Made by a program: the position numbers and the translations under genes. Shown piece after piece: positions 9,425-17,174 of a stretch of 21,659 nucleotides of DNA. How positions within the stretch are numbered: the first letter of the stretch is position 1; each line of letters starts with the position of its first letter. The notes under the pieces were generated by a model that ran no database searches, had not been told where the DNA came from, and saw only the letters and a program-made list of their open reading frames with translations. Origin of the DNA: a bacterium (GTDB taxonomy: Bacteria; Babelota; Babeliae; Babelales; RVW-14); assembly GCA_043822925.1 (NCBI GenBank), contig JBDRBF010000047.1, positions 1 to 21,659 on the forward strand. Reading direction: 5' to 3'.

Positions 9425-10579
9425 CTATACTTTCTGAGTTAAATAACCAGGGCCAGTAACATATTCAAGATAGTTTTCAGGCGTTATCAGATTAAAAGAT
9501 GCGCTTGGGTAGTTCTCTTTCCACACCGATGGAACACTTGCTTTTTTTCCCGGAGACCATTTGACCTCAAACGCATGTAATTCGTTCTCAATATTTTCAA
9601 TAAAGTCGATTTCTTGCCCTTCATATGTTCGCCAAAAATAGCGCGAGCCATAAAAACCGGTATATGCACCATGCTTAAGCCGTTCAATAAACACAAAGTT
9701 TTCCCAAAGCTGCCCCACGTCGCCACGTGTTTCAAGCCCATTAAAATGGGCGATAACGGCATTACGAACACCCAAATCTAAAAAATAATATTTGTGTTTA
9801 CCCGTGATTTCGTTTCTCAAGTTTTTACTAAAACCACCCAGCTTACAAATAACAAAAGACTTCTCAAGCAAATCTATATATTTCACGACTGTTTTTGCAT
9901 CAATGCGTAATTGTATAGCAAGTTCGTTATGTGATACTAATTGCCCAACCTGAAATGCCAGCAGCTTAACAAGATTAAGTAAAATCTCTGACTTTTTTAT
10001 CTTTTCGAGCGACAGAATATCTTTTAATAAATACGAATCGACCAGATCTGTTAAAATACCAATTTTTTCTTGATTCGTTTTTGCAGATAGCACCGCTGGA
10101 TAGCCTCCAAAAATTAAATACTCTTCAAGTTTTTCGCGCAACTCATGCTGGTTATACATTTTTAACAGTTCCATTTGGGCAACCGGATATAACGTACGCG
10201 TCGATTTTCGACCCGTTAATGGCTCACCAACCTGCTGCGATAAATCAAAAGACGAAGATCCTGTGGCGATAATAGATAAATTTGGCACCTGATCTACCAA
10301 AATTTTGAGCGCCATGCCAATATTTGGTATTTGTTGGGCTTCATCTATGGCAATTAAATCATAGCCCTGGGCGTAGCCCAAGATTTTATCAAAATCCTGC
10401 GACCCCAAAAGATTCTGTATTCTTATATTATCTCCTGAATCTAACCTGTATTTAAGCTTTGTCTGACTTAAAAAGTTTTGTAATAAAGTCGTTTTACCAA
10501 CCTGCCGAGGGCCAAACATAATTAAAGCCTGATTTGGCTTCAGGTATTTTTCAAGATCTTTATAATAACGCTCTATCAT
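9425..10579 (-). CDS. AAA_14 ATPase with DUF4143 (PD-(D/E)xK-like C-terminus)
   Basis: Walker A GPRQVGKT, Walker B IAIDEAQ, ATGSS, LTGR, GGYP, KYYFLDLGVRN, EIDFI...AFEVK; start ATG 10579 or TTG 10585. Confidence 0.92.
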   Translation of the reverse strand: MIERYYKDLEKYLKPNQALIMFGPRQVGKTTLLQNFLSQTKLKYRLDSGDNIRIQNLLGSQDFDKILGYAQGYDLIAIDEAQQIPNIGMALKILVDQVPNLSIIATGSSSFDLSQQVGEPLTGRKSTRTLYPVAQMELLKMYNQHELREKLEEYLIFGGYPAVLSAKTNQEKIGILTDLVDSYLLKDILSLEKIKKSEILLNLVKLLAFQVGQLVSHNELAIQLRIDAKTVVKYIDLLEKSFVICKLGGFSKNLRNEITGKHKYYFLDLGVRNAVIAHFNGLETRGDVGQLWENFVFIERLKHGAYTGFYGSRYFWRTYEGQEIDFIENIENELHAFEVKWSPGKKASVPSVWKENYPSASFNLITPENYLEYVTGPGYLTQKV

Positions 10580-10617
10580 GGTCAAAAATCCCCTTTTTTA
10601 TACTTTCTACACGCGTA

Positions 10618-10712
10618 ATCCTGATTTTATCACTAATTTCAGGATACACACTCCAGATGTTAGGTCAAATATCAGGATTAACGATCCTGATTTTCGGTAA
10701 AAATTTCAAACT
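10618..10712. promoter_or_regulatory. Tandem ATCCTGA-N14-TCAGGAT operator-like array with a 33-bp period
   Basis: Left halves at 10618 (atcctga), 10651 (ctccaga) and 10684 (atcctga); right halves tcaggat at 10639 and 10672; third right half degenerate. Confidence 0.65.
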
Positions 10713-10747
10713 TACGGTCACATAAAACGCCTAAAATATCACAAAAT

Positions 10748-10797
10748 TTGACAACCGGTACTGTTTTGCCATAAAGTATGTTTATCTTTTCTATAAT
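10748..10797 (+). promoter_or_regulatory. Promoter region of the asnA leader
   Basis: TTGACA (10748-10753), 18 bp, TAAAGT (10772-10777); perfect TATAAT at 10792-10797. Confidence 0.5.
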
Positions 10798-10822
10798 AAA
10801 TTTTGTACCGAAAGTATTAAAC

Positions 10823-10963
10823 ATGGCACTCGTAATAAAAATCACACACGCAATACTCGCAACAGACACAAGCCTGTTTAGTAAATCTTTTTCAGCAAAT
10901 AATTCCCAGCAAAATAATCAAAATAATAATAACCAAAATATTATAGCTGGGTGCCGCGCGTAA
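10823..10963 (+). CDS. Asn-rich attenuator leader peptide (46 aa)
   Basis: MALVIKITHAILATDTSLFSKSFSANNSQQNNQNNNNQNIIAGCRA*; 9 Asn and 4 Gln in 14 consecutive codons, upstream of asnA. Confidence 0.8.
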   Translation: MALVIKITHAILATDTSLFSKSFSANNSQQNNQNNNNQNIIAGCRA

Positions 10964-11022
10964 TTACATAACAAAATAAACCAAAAAGTGTAACCCCAGC
11001 CATAAAAAAGCTGGGGTTTTTT
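10905..11022 (+). promoter_or_regulatory. Transcription attenuator with segments 1-4
   Basis: CCCAGC 10905-10910, GCTGGG 10946-10951, CCCAGC 10995-11000, GCTGGG 11010-11015. Confidence 0.8.
10992..11022 (+). terminator. Attenuator terminator hairpin (3:4)
   Basis: aaccccagc-cataaaaaa-gctggggtt followed by tttt. Confidence 0.88.
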
Positions 11023-11050
11023 ATTATGTACTCAAAAAGAAAGGGATCGT

Positions 11051-11215
11051 ATGAATAACGATGGCAATAATCCAGACCAACAAAGAACTTACGCAGGAAA
11101 TCAAAATAGTTATAAAAAGAATAGAACCTGGATCCCAGAGCAAATCTGGGATGACAAATTAGAAAGAGAAGAACATGTTAGAAATTATAAAAAAAGCACC
11201 AGCACACATACTTGA
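11051..11215 (+). CDS. Putative second Asn-rich uORF overlapping the asnA start
   Basis: AAGGGA SD; MNNDGNNPDQQRTYAGNQNSYKKN... 54 aa; TGA at 11213-11215 inside asnA in a different frame. Confidence 0.4.
   Translation: MNNDGNNPDQQRTYAGNQNSYKKNRTWIPEQIWDDKLEREEHVRNYKKSTSTHT
11129..11155 (+). repeat. 27-bp palindromic repeat copy
   Basis: tggatcccagagcaaatctgggatgac, 2 mismatches to the 16583-16609 copy. Confidence 0.88.
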
Positions 11216-12227
11216 TCACACGTTAGATAGCACAGAAACAGAACGCGCCATTTCTTTTATCAAAAGATATTTTCAAGACACGCTCGCTCAAGAATTAAAT
11301 CTTTTACGCGTCACCGCACCATTATTTGTTAAAACCGACACCGGCATCAACGACGACCTAAACGGCACCGAACGCCCCGTCTCGTTCACAATAAAAGACG
11401 ACAAAAACGCACAAGCCGTAATCGTACACTCGCTGGCCAAATGGAAACGCATAGCTCTGGCCAAATATCACATGAAGCCAGGGGAGGGTTTATACACTGA
11501 CATGAATGCAATACGAGCCGACGAAGAGCTTGACGAGATCCACTCGTTATATGTTGACCAATGGGATTGGGAACGCGTTATAACACCAGAAGATCGCACA
11601 CTCGTTTTTCTTAAAACAATCGTACGTAAAATATATAAAGTAATTTACGAAACAGAGTTTGCTATCTCAAAAAAATATCCCGCACTTACTACAGACAGAC
11701 AATTACCTGAAGATATTTACTTCCTGCACACCGAAGAACTTGAAGAACTGTACCCAACACTCACACCAAAAGAACGCGAGCATGAAATCTGTAAAAAACA
11801 TGGCGCTGTCTTTTTAATTGGTATTGGCGGGGAACTAAAAAGTGGACACGTACATGATGGGCGCGCGTCAGATTATGACGACTGGTCAACCCCAACAAGT
11901 GCAAAACATACAGGCCTGAACGGCGACATTTTGGTCTGGAACCCAGTACTGGGCACGTCTTTTGAACTTTCTTCTATGGGAATTCGCGTTGACAAAACAG
12001 CACTTGAACGCCAACTTGCGCTACACAGGCATGAGAGCCGTAAAAAATTACTGTATCACAGCTTAGTACTGGATAATAAAATCCCACTGTCTATTGGTGG
12101 CGGCATTGGGCAATCCCGCCTATGCATGTACTTGCTGCGCAAGAAACATATTGGCCAAGTACAAGCCAGCGTCTGGCCTGAAACTATGATCGATAAATAC
12201 AAAAAACTCGGTATTTGTTTACTATAA
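11175..12227 (+). CDS. asnA: Aspartate--ammonia ligase (asparagine synthetase A)
   Basis: LLRVTAPLFV, NDDLNGTERPV, VHSLAKWKR, GLYTDMNAIRADE, YVDQWDWE, HDGRASDYDDW, FELSSMGIRV, SIGGGIGQSR. Confidence 0.98.
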   Translation: MLEIIKKAPAHILDHTLDSTETERAISFIKRYFQDTLAQELNLLRVTAPLFVKTDTGINDDLNGTERPVSFTIKDDKNAQAVIVHSLAKWKRIALAKYHMKPGEGLYTDMNAIRADEELDEIHSLYVDQWDWERVITPEDRTLVFLKTIVRKIYKVIYETEFAISKKYPALTTDRQLPEDIYFLHTEELEELYPTLTPKEREHEICKKHGAVFLIGIGGELKSGHVHDGRASDYDDWSTPTSAKHTGLNGDILVWNPVLGTSFELSSMGIRVDKTALERQLALHRHESRKKLLYHSLVLDNKIPLSIGGGIGQSRLCMYLLRKKHIGQVQASVWPETMIDKYKKLGICLL

Positions 12228-12275
12228 ATTACGCCTGAGAACGTAATCCTCATGCGACAGCACGAAGCTCTCACG

Positions 12276-12299
12276 AGACCGGGGCTTGAACCCCGGTCT
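12276..12299. repeat. 9-bp GC-rich hairpin
   Basis: agaccgggg-cttgaa-ccccggtct. Confidence 0.75.
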
Positions 12300-12356
12300 A
12301 AAAATAAAGAAGCGCCCGGCTCGAATTTATCTCGAGCCGGGCGCTTCTTTATTTTT
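12300..12356. terminator. Bidirectional terminator, perfect 25-bp inverted repeat
   Basis: aaaaataaagaagcgcccggctcga-atttatc-tcgagccgggcgcttctttattttt between convergent genes. Confidence 0.9.
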
Positions 12357-12381
12357 GCAAATCTAAAATTAGTTTTTTAAG

Positions 12382-12876
12382 TTACATATACATGCCAAAT
12401 GGTGGCTCTCTTTCTTGTATCTTCTTGGCAACGGCATCTTCTTTAGCCTCTGCCTGCTCTTCTTCTGATGGGCCAGAAGCAAGAGGCATCAAAAGCTCCA
12501 TAGAAATCACATTAAAAAGTTTTTGAGCCTCCTCTTTTGTCGCGTAACTATTAGTAGCAATAAAACAATATTTTAAAGCTTCAGCCAAATTGGGCTTGCA
12601 TTCTTCGCCTTTATAATCGACACCCTCATATAAAGATGCTGCGATAAAAAGAGCTACTTCATAATAAACTGCTTTATCTTTAACTTTTTTTGCAGCTTCC
12701 AGTAATTGGTCAAATGGTATTTGTGAACGCTGCTTGGCTTTTACGGATTTTGTAGTTTTTTTTGGGATTGCTTTTGTAGTTGCTTTACTTGTTACTTTTG
12801 ACTTCTTCTGGTTATCTGCATGGAGAAATTGTGAAACCAAGACCAAGACTGCACAGACAACAAACTTTTTGTTCAT
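12382..12876 (-). CDS. Exported hypothetical protein with a Sel1-like repeat
   Basis: Signal peptide MNKKFVVCAVLVLVSQFLHA; K/T-rich linker; ASLYEGV...PNLAEALKY resembles a Sel1 repeat; AAGGGGG SD. Confidence 0.7.
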   Translation of the reverse strand: MNKKFVVCAVLVLVSQFLHADNQKKSKVTSKATTKAIPKKTTKSVKAKQRSQIPFDQLLEAAKKVKDKAVYYEVALFIAASLYEGVDYKGEECKPNLAEALKYCFIATNSYATKEEAQKLFNVISMELLMPLASGPSEEEQAEAKEDAVAKKIQEREPPFGMYM

Positions 12877-12977
12877 TTGCCGGCCCCCCTTTCTATGATC
12901 ACAAATTCTTTTACTCCCTAAGAATAGTATAGTAAAAGCTAGACCAAAAATTCCAGCAACATGATTAATAAATATCG

Positions 12978-13023
12978 TGATGAGATAAGAGCTGGGGTTA
13001 GAACCCCAGCTCTTATCTCATCA
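12978..13023. terminator. Perfect 22-bp inverted repeat overlapping a stop codon
   Basis: tgatgagataagagctggggtt-ag-aaccccagctcttatctcatca. Confidence 0.7.
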
Positions 13024-14116
13024 TGGCGAGAAAAGTTTCCAGTGCAATTAAAACAATAATAACAAGAGTCAAAATGCCCTCATGAATAGTATCAAGACGA
13101 TCTTGATGCACGGTATATAAGTCTTTAATAATATCAAGTTTTCTATTAATCGAATCTCGACGTTCTTTAAGAAAGAATTTTTTCAGCAACATAGAATATA
13201 ATTTTGAATAATAAACGTCGCCAGCCAAGTTAATACTATTTTCAAGCCGTTCTGAGATGACGGAAATATCAACACGCAATTTAGCCAAACGATAAACAGG
13301 CAAATTAAGCCGTTCGCTTACAAGTGGAACATACGCTTGCCATGGTATTTTGTATGATTCTTGCGCATAAAAATAAGTTAATTTTTGATCAAGCAACCAG
13401 TCAAAATATTGTAATTCAACTTTCTCAACAAGAGCTAACTCAAAAAATTCGATAGCTTCAAAGTACTCGTCATCATAGATAAACGCACCTTCACTATCGA
13501 TAATTATCAAATCTTGGCCATAATAACCAGTAATCGAAGATAAAATATCATCGATTTGATAATCTGAAAGTTTTTGTGTTTCAAGACGTAAAAGCGATGC
13601 AATTTTTATGCCATATTGAGCTTTAAATTCTTTTGGCGTTATTTTACTTTCAAACGGATTCATCTGAACCGCAAAATATGAACTCTTAATGTTACAAAAA
13701 TTTGGTTTTACCGTTGCACTTAATATAGCTTCAAAAACCTTTTGTGCTTCTTTTTCACTCTTGTTATCAAAGTGTCTTTTAATATCAATAACGCGCAGCT
13801 TTAATACTTCAAGTAAATCTTCAGCTAAAACTTCTTCAAATGGCACTCTATAACAAAAAGACAAAACACCGAAGTGATACATTTTGCTAAACACACTCGA
13901 TGTATCTTCAACCGGCACCGCATGTGATTGTTCTGGCCGAACCCGAAAGAAAAATGGTACATGATAATTTTTAAAAAAATGAGATAAACTTCCGTCTGAA
14001 GCAGCAACAAGCCCTTTTTCTTGGACCATGCCTAAATCAATGCTATCTCCAACATCAAACGAATAAAATAACAAGATACTTCCTGAGACCTTCCCTCCGC
14101 CTTTTTCTTCAGCCAT
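13013..14116 (-). CDS. Conserved hypothetical protein, RMD1/DUF155-like with a C-terminal TM helix
   Basis: FYSFDVG, ELQYFDWLLD, ERLENSINLAGDVYYSKLY, ILTLVIIVLIALE; GAGGAG SD. Confidence 0.7.
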   Translation of the reverse strand: MAEEKGGGKVSGSILLFYSFDVGDSIDLGMVQEKGLVAASDGSLSHFFKNYHVPFFFRVRPEQSHAVPVEDTSSVFSKMYHFGVLSFCYRVPFEEVLAEDLLEVLKLRVIDIKRHFDNKSEKEAQKVFEAILSATVKPNFCNIKSSYFAVQMNPFESKITPKEFKAQYGIKIASLLRLETQKLSDYQIDDILSSITGYYGQDLIIIDSEGAFIYDDEYFEAIEFFELALVEKVELQYFDWLLDQKLTYFYAQESYKIPWQAYVPLVSERLNLPVYRLAKLRVDISVISERLENSINLAGDVYYSKLYSMLLKKFFLKERRDSINRKLDIIKDLYTVHQDRLDTIHEGILTLVIIVLIALETFLAMMR

Positions 14117-14137
14117 GGCACTCCTCTCTCTTCTTAA

Positions 14138-14707
14138 TTAGATCTTAGGTTCTTCTTTTTCACTTAATAAATCACGCAGAGCTCTATCAGACAAACCAAA
14201 AAGATTATTAACATCATATGCTCGGCATCCAGCAGCACAGCCAGCTTGAATATCAATATCTTTATCACCAATCATAATTGAACGAGACAAATCTATATTA
14301 AAATCTTGAGCTGCTGTTAAAAGCATGCCAGACTTTGGTTTACGACATAAGCACTCTTTAATATACACAAGCCCCTGTGCTGCTTGATTTATCTGTACCT
14401 GATTTGTCTGTACTGGATAGTGGGGACAGTAATACCAGGCATGCACTATTATGCCGCGCTCCTGCATAAGTTCATGTAAATGCGCATGTGTTTTTTTTAC
14501 AAAAGCCTCATCAAAATACCCCCGGGCCACACCTGACTGATTTGTTACGACAATAATTATATATCCAAGCTCCTGCACTATTTTGCACACAGAAAGCGCT
14601 GATTCAATAAATTCGATTTGGCCCAGACAAGATAAATACGAAACGTCTTTTATTAATGTTCCATCGCGATCAAAAAAAACTGCTTTAATTTTCTTTACGT
14701 TTTTCAT
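14138..14707 (-). CDS. gmhB: HAD-IIIA phosphatase, D,D-heptose 1,7-bisphosphate phosphatase-like
   Basis: AVFFDRDGTL, VTNQSGVARG, YYCPH...CLCRKPKSGML, MIGDK..D. Confidence 0.85.
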   Translation of the reverse strand: MKNVKKIKAVFFDRDGTLIKDVSYLSCLGQIEFIESALSVCKIVQELGYIIIVVTNQSGVARGYFDEAFVKKTHAHLHELMQERGIIVHAWYYCPHYPVQTNQVQINQAAQGLVYIKECLCRKPKSGMLLTAAQDFNIDLSRSIMIGDKDIDIQAGCAAGCRAYDVNNLFGLSDRALRDLLSEKEEPKI

Positions 14708-14715
14708 AGATTACT

Positions 14716-16563
14716 TTAATACTTCGCTTTTTGGATACCCGCGTGCGCAACCATTGGAGAAAACTGCTCTTGAGAATCAGGCATATTAAGCTGAGCAATA
14801 CTTTCTTGTAAAGGCTTCATCGTTTTACCTTCTTTCAGCGCTGCGTATCCAATTAAAAACTTCTTTGCCAAAAGAACCGAATTCAAAGATGCTCCTGCAT
14901 GCTCAAGAAGCACAACCATAGCCAGTGGGGGCTCTTTCTTGTATCTAAAAAATCCGGTCATCCATGCATGGTCATAAAATTTTCTATCCGTTTTTTTAAT
15001 ATTCAAATCACAGGTTTGAGCCGTTCCTGTTTTGGCACAGATATAAAAGTCTTTAAGTTTAAAATCTTTAAGACACTTACAAGAACCCTTTTCTACCGCT
15101 TGATGCATTGCTTGACGCAAAAACAATCGTGTTCTTTCTGAAATTTCAAGTCTTTCTCTTTCAACCGGTTCTTCTTGTAAAATACGAGGCTTTACTAAAG
15201 ATCCTGTTCCAATAGCGCCAATCATACGTACAATTTGCAACGGTGTTACCAAGTTAAAACTCTGGCCAATAGCGGCTGAAAGCGTTTCCCCCGGCCACCA
15301 CGGCTCGCCTTTATTTTCTTTCTTCCAGCCAGACGATGGAACTAAGCCTGGCTTTTCAGGTAATAAAAAGTTTGTTTTACAACCAAGCCCAAAACGACGT
15401 GCATAACCCGCCAACACATCGATATTTAAATGCTTAGCTATTTCAAAACTATGCACATTACATGAATACGCAATAGAATCTTCGGTCGCCAAAAGACCAT
15501 GGCCCCAATGACGTTGACACAAATAACGGCGCCCCCTAAATGTCACATGACCACGACATTCAAACACAGAATTTGTATCAATAATCCCCTCTTCTAGACC
15601 CGCAGTTATTGTAACTAATTTAAAAATTGAAGCTGGTGGATAAACAGCATTAGTTGCCCTATTTAATAACGGATTATTATTTAAGCACTTTTCACTCCAT
15701 TCTTCACTCGTAATTCTTGTTAAAAAAAGATTAGGATCAATATTAGGAGAAGAAACAATCACTTTAATTGCGCCATCAGCAGGATCCATAACAATCAAAC
15801 TACCAACCTGCCATTTATCAAAAAACGTTTCGGCCATTAATTGTAAATTAACATCAAGTGTAAGGGTTAAATCTTTGCCTGACTGTGCTTCATGAAATTC
15901 TCGTTGCTCTAGTTTTTTGCCCATCGCATTAAAAATTCCCAAACTATATCCCGGTTGGCCAGATAACTCTTTCTGGAAAGCTTTTTCCAATCCATCCTGC
16001 CCCGTACGGTCAACTCGGCTCAAATATCCCAGCGCATGACTGGCCAAAGATTTATATGGATACACCCGTTCAAACCGATTTTCTACGACTATATATGGAG
16101 AATGCCCACATTTCTCACTAATCTGACACACTTGCTCAAACGTAACTTCACGTTTTAATAAGCACCGACGGCAAAAACGCTGAGCTACTTTAATCCCCTC
16201 TAGTTTTTCTGGCGAAAAAAAATCAACATCTAAAATCACCCCTAACTTGCTCAATATTTCTTCGTGTATCAAACCTATTTGCTGCAAAATAGACCCGCTA
16301 CCGCCTCCGCCATCAATTCCCTGCCAAGAAACATCAAATATAGGTTTATTTGCAGCCAACAACACACCATTACAATCAAAAAGATTGCCACGGAGCGGCA
16401 CCACCGGCTGACTTCTTAAAAAATTCTTTTCCCCCAAATCGCCCAAAGTCTTGTTTTGGACTACCTGAAGATAAAAGAGACGAATGAGAATAATAAATAT
16501 ATGGGCAAAAAAAACACCCATCATTATTTTCAGTCGAGCATCTCTTATATTACGTTTCTCCAT
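14716..16563 (-). CDS. mrdA: Penicillin-binding protein 2 (class B transpeptidase)
   Basis: N-terminal TM then RLFYLQV, PLRGNLFD, SxxK (ASIFK), SxN (SCN), KTG (KTGTAQ). Likely start ATG 16563 after GGGAAGGTG; the track ATG at 16587 lies inside a repeat. Confidence 0.92.
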   Translation of the reverse strand: MEKRNIRDARLKIMMGVFFAHIFIILIRLFYLQVVQNKTLGDLGEKNFLRSQPVVPLRGNLFDCNGVLLAANKPIFDVSWQGIDGGGGSGSILQQIGLIHEEILSKLGVILDVDFFSPEKLEGIKVAQRFCRRCLLKREVTFEQVCQISEKCGHSPYIVVENRFERVYPYKSLASHALGYLSRVDRTGQDGLEKAFQKELSGQPGYSLGIFNAMGKKLEQREFHEAQSGKDLTLTLDVNLQLMAETFFDKWQVGSLIVMDPADGAIKVIVSSPNIDPNLFLTRITSEEWSEKCLNNNPLLNRATNAVYPPASIFKLVTITAGLEEGIIDTNSVFECRGHVTFRGRRYLCQRHWGHGLLATEDSIAYSCNVHSFEIAKHLNIDVLAGYARRFGLGCKTNFLLPEKPGLVPSSGWKKENKGEPWWPGETLSAAIGQSFNLVTPLQIVRMIGAIGTGSLVKPRILQEEPVERERLEISERTRLFLRQAMHQAVEKGSCKCLKDFKLKDFYICAKTGTAQTCDLNIKKTDRKFYDHAWMTGFFRYKKEPPLAMVVLLEHAGASLNSVLLAKKFLIGYAALKEGKTMKPLQESIAQLNMPDSQEQFSPMVAHAGIQKAKY

Positions 16564-16582
16564 CACCTTCCCAAATTTTTTT

Positions 16583-16609
16583 GTCATCCCAGACTTGATC
16601 TGGGATCCA
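16583..16609 (-). repeat. 27-bp palindromic repeat, uninterrupted reference copy
   Basis: gtcatcccagacttgatctgggatcca; 8-bp stem atcccaga/tctgggat. Confidence 0.9.
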
Positions 16610-16924
16610 GAGCTTTAAAAAATATCCATGGGGGCCAATTTATCCGATTTTTTAGTTGTTTTATTATATCGCCAAACAAAAAATACCTCTAGAGCCAAGC
16701 TCAAGAGAAAGTTTTTATATCTTTTTTTTGCCTGTTTTTGACACTTTTTGCTCGTTTTATTTCATTCTGAACAACAAATAAAATTAAATACAGCGTTTAT
16801 TGTCAAAGTATAAGTTATTTAAAAAATAACCCAACCCTCCATCCCCCATTTTTGCCCCAAAACCTATCAAACGCCCGTCTGGCAGAGCGTTTGTTTTCCA
16901 ATCCAAAAAAGCTATACTGGTTCT

Positions 16925-17155
16925 TGTACAGCAGAAATTTTCAAGCACCGATACTGATACTAATGGGGTTAGTTCAAAAGCAACAATTCAAAAAACGTAA
17001 TTTAAAATAAGCGCAACGTAATACACACGACTTAACATAAATGTAACGCAACTATTTAATATACCGTAAACACAAACAAGACGTGCTCGAGTACTTGATG
17101 GAGGTTCTCTGACATACGCACTCAAGCCCGTACTTTGTCCAAATTCCTGCTCTCG
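16925..17155. ncRNA. Candidate structured ncRNA (rod-like; 6S-like is one possibility)
   Basis: Ends 16930-16940 and 17141-17151 are complementary (11 bp including one G-U on the minus strand); no convincing ORF; -10-like boxes flank both ends. Confidence 0.3.
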
Positions 17156-17174
17156 TCCTATCGTATTAAATTTT

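Noticed and set aside
10778-10822. Longer leader start at ATG 10778
   Set aside because: It overlaps the predicted promoter elements and probably lies upstream of the transcription start.
10800-11030. T-box riboswitch upstream of asnA
   Set aside because: No stem I AGAGA/GNUG motifs or UGGNACC antiterminator bulge seen; the leader-peptide model fits better.
12991-13010. 9-mer aaccccagc/gctggggtt shared between the asnA terminator and the 12978-13023 hairpin as a trans-acting link
   Set aside because: Short GC stem, 2 kb apart and in different transcription units; coincidence is sufficient.
16564-16587. mrdA start at 16587 and ORF 16988..17179
   Set aside because: Both ATGs come from the repeat's GATGAC end and lack an SD; ATG 16563 has one.
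16963-17010. 15-aa ORF MGLVQKQQFKKRNLK
   Set aside because: No SD, no downstream gene to regulate, and length expected by chance.
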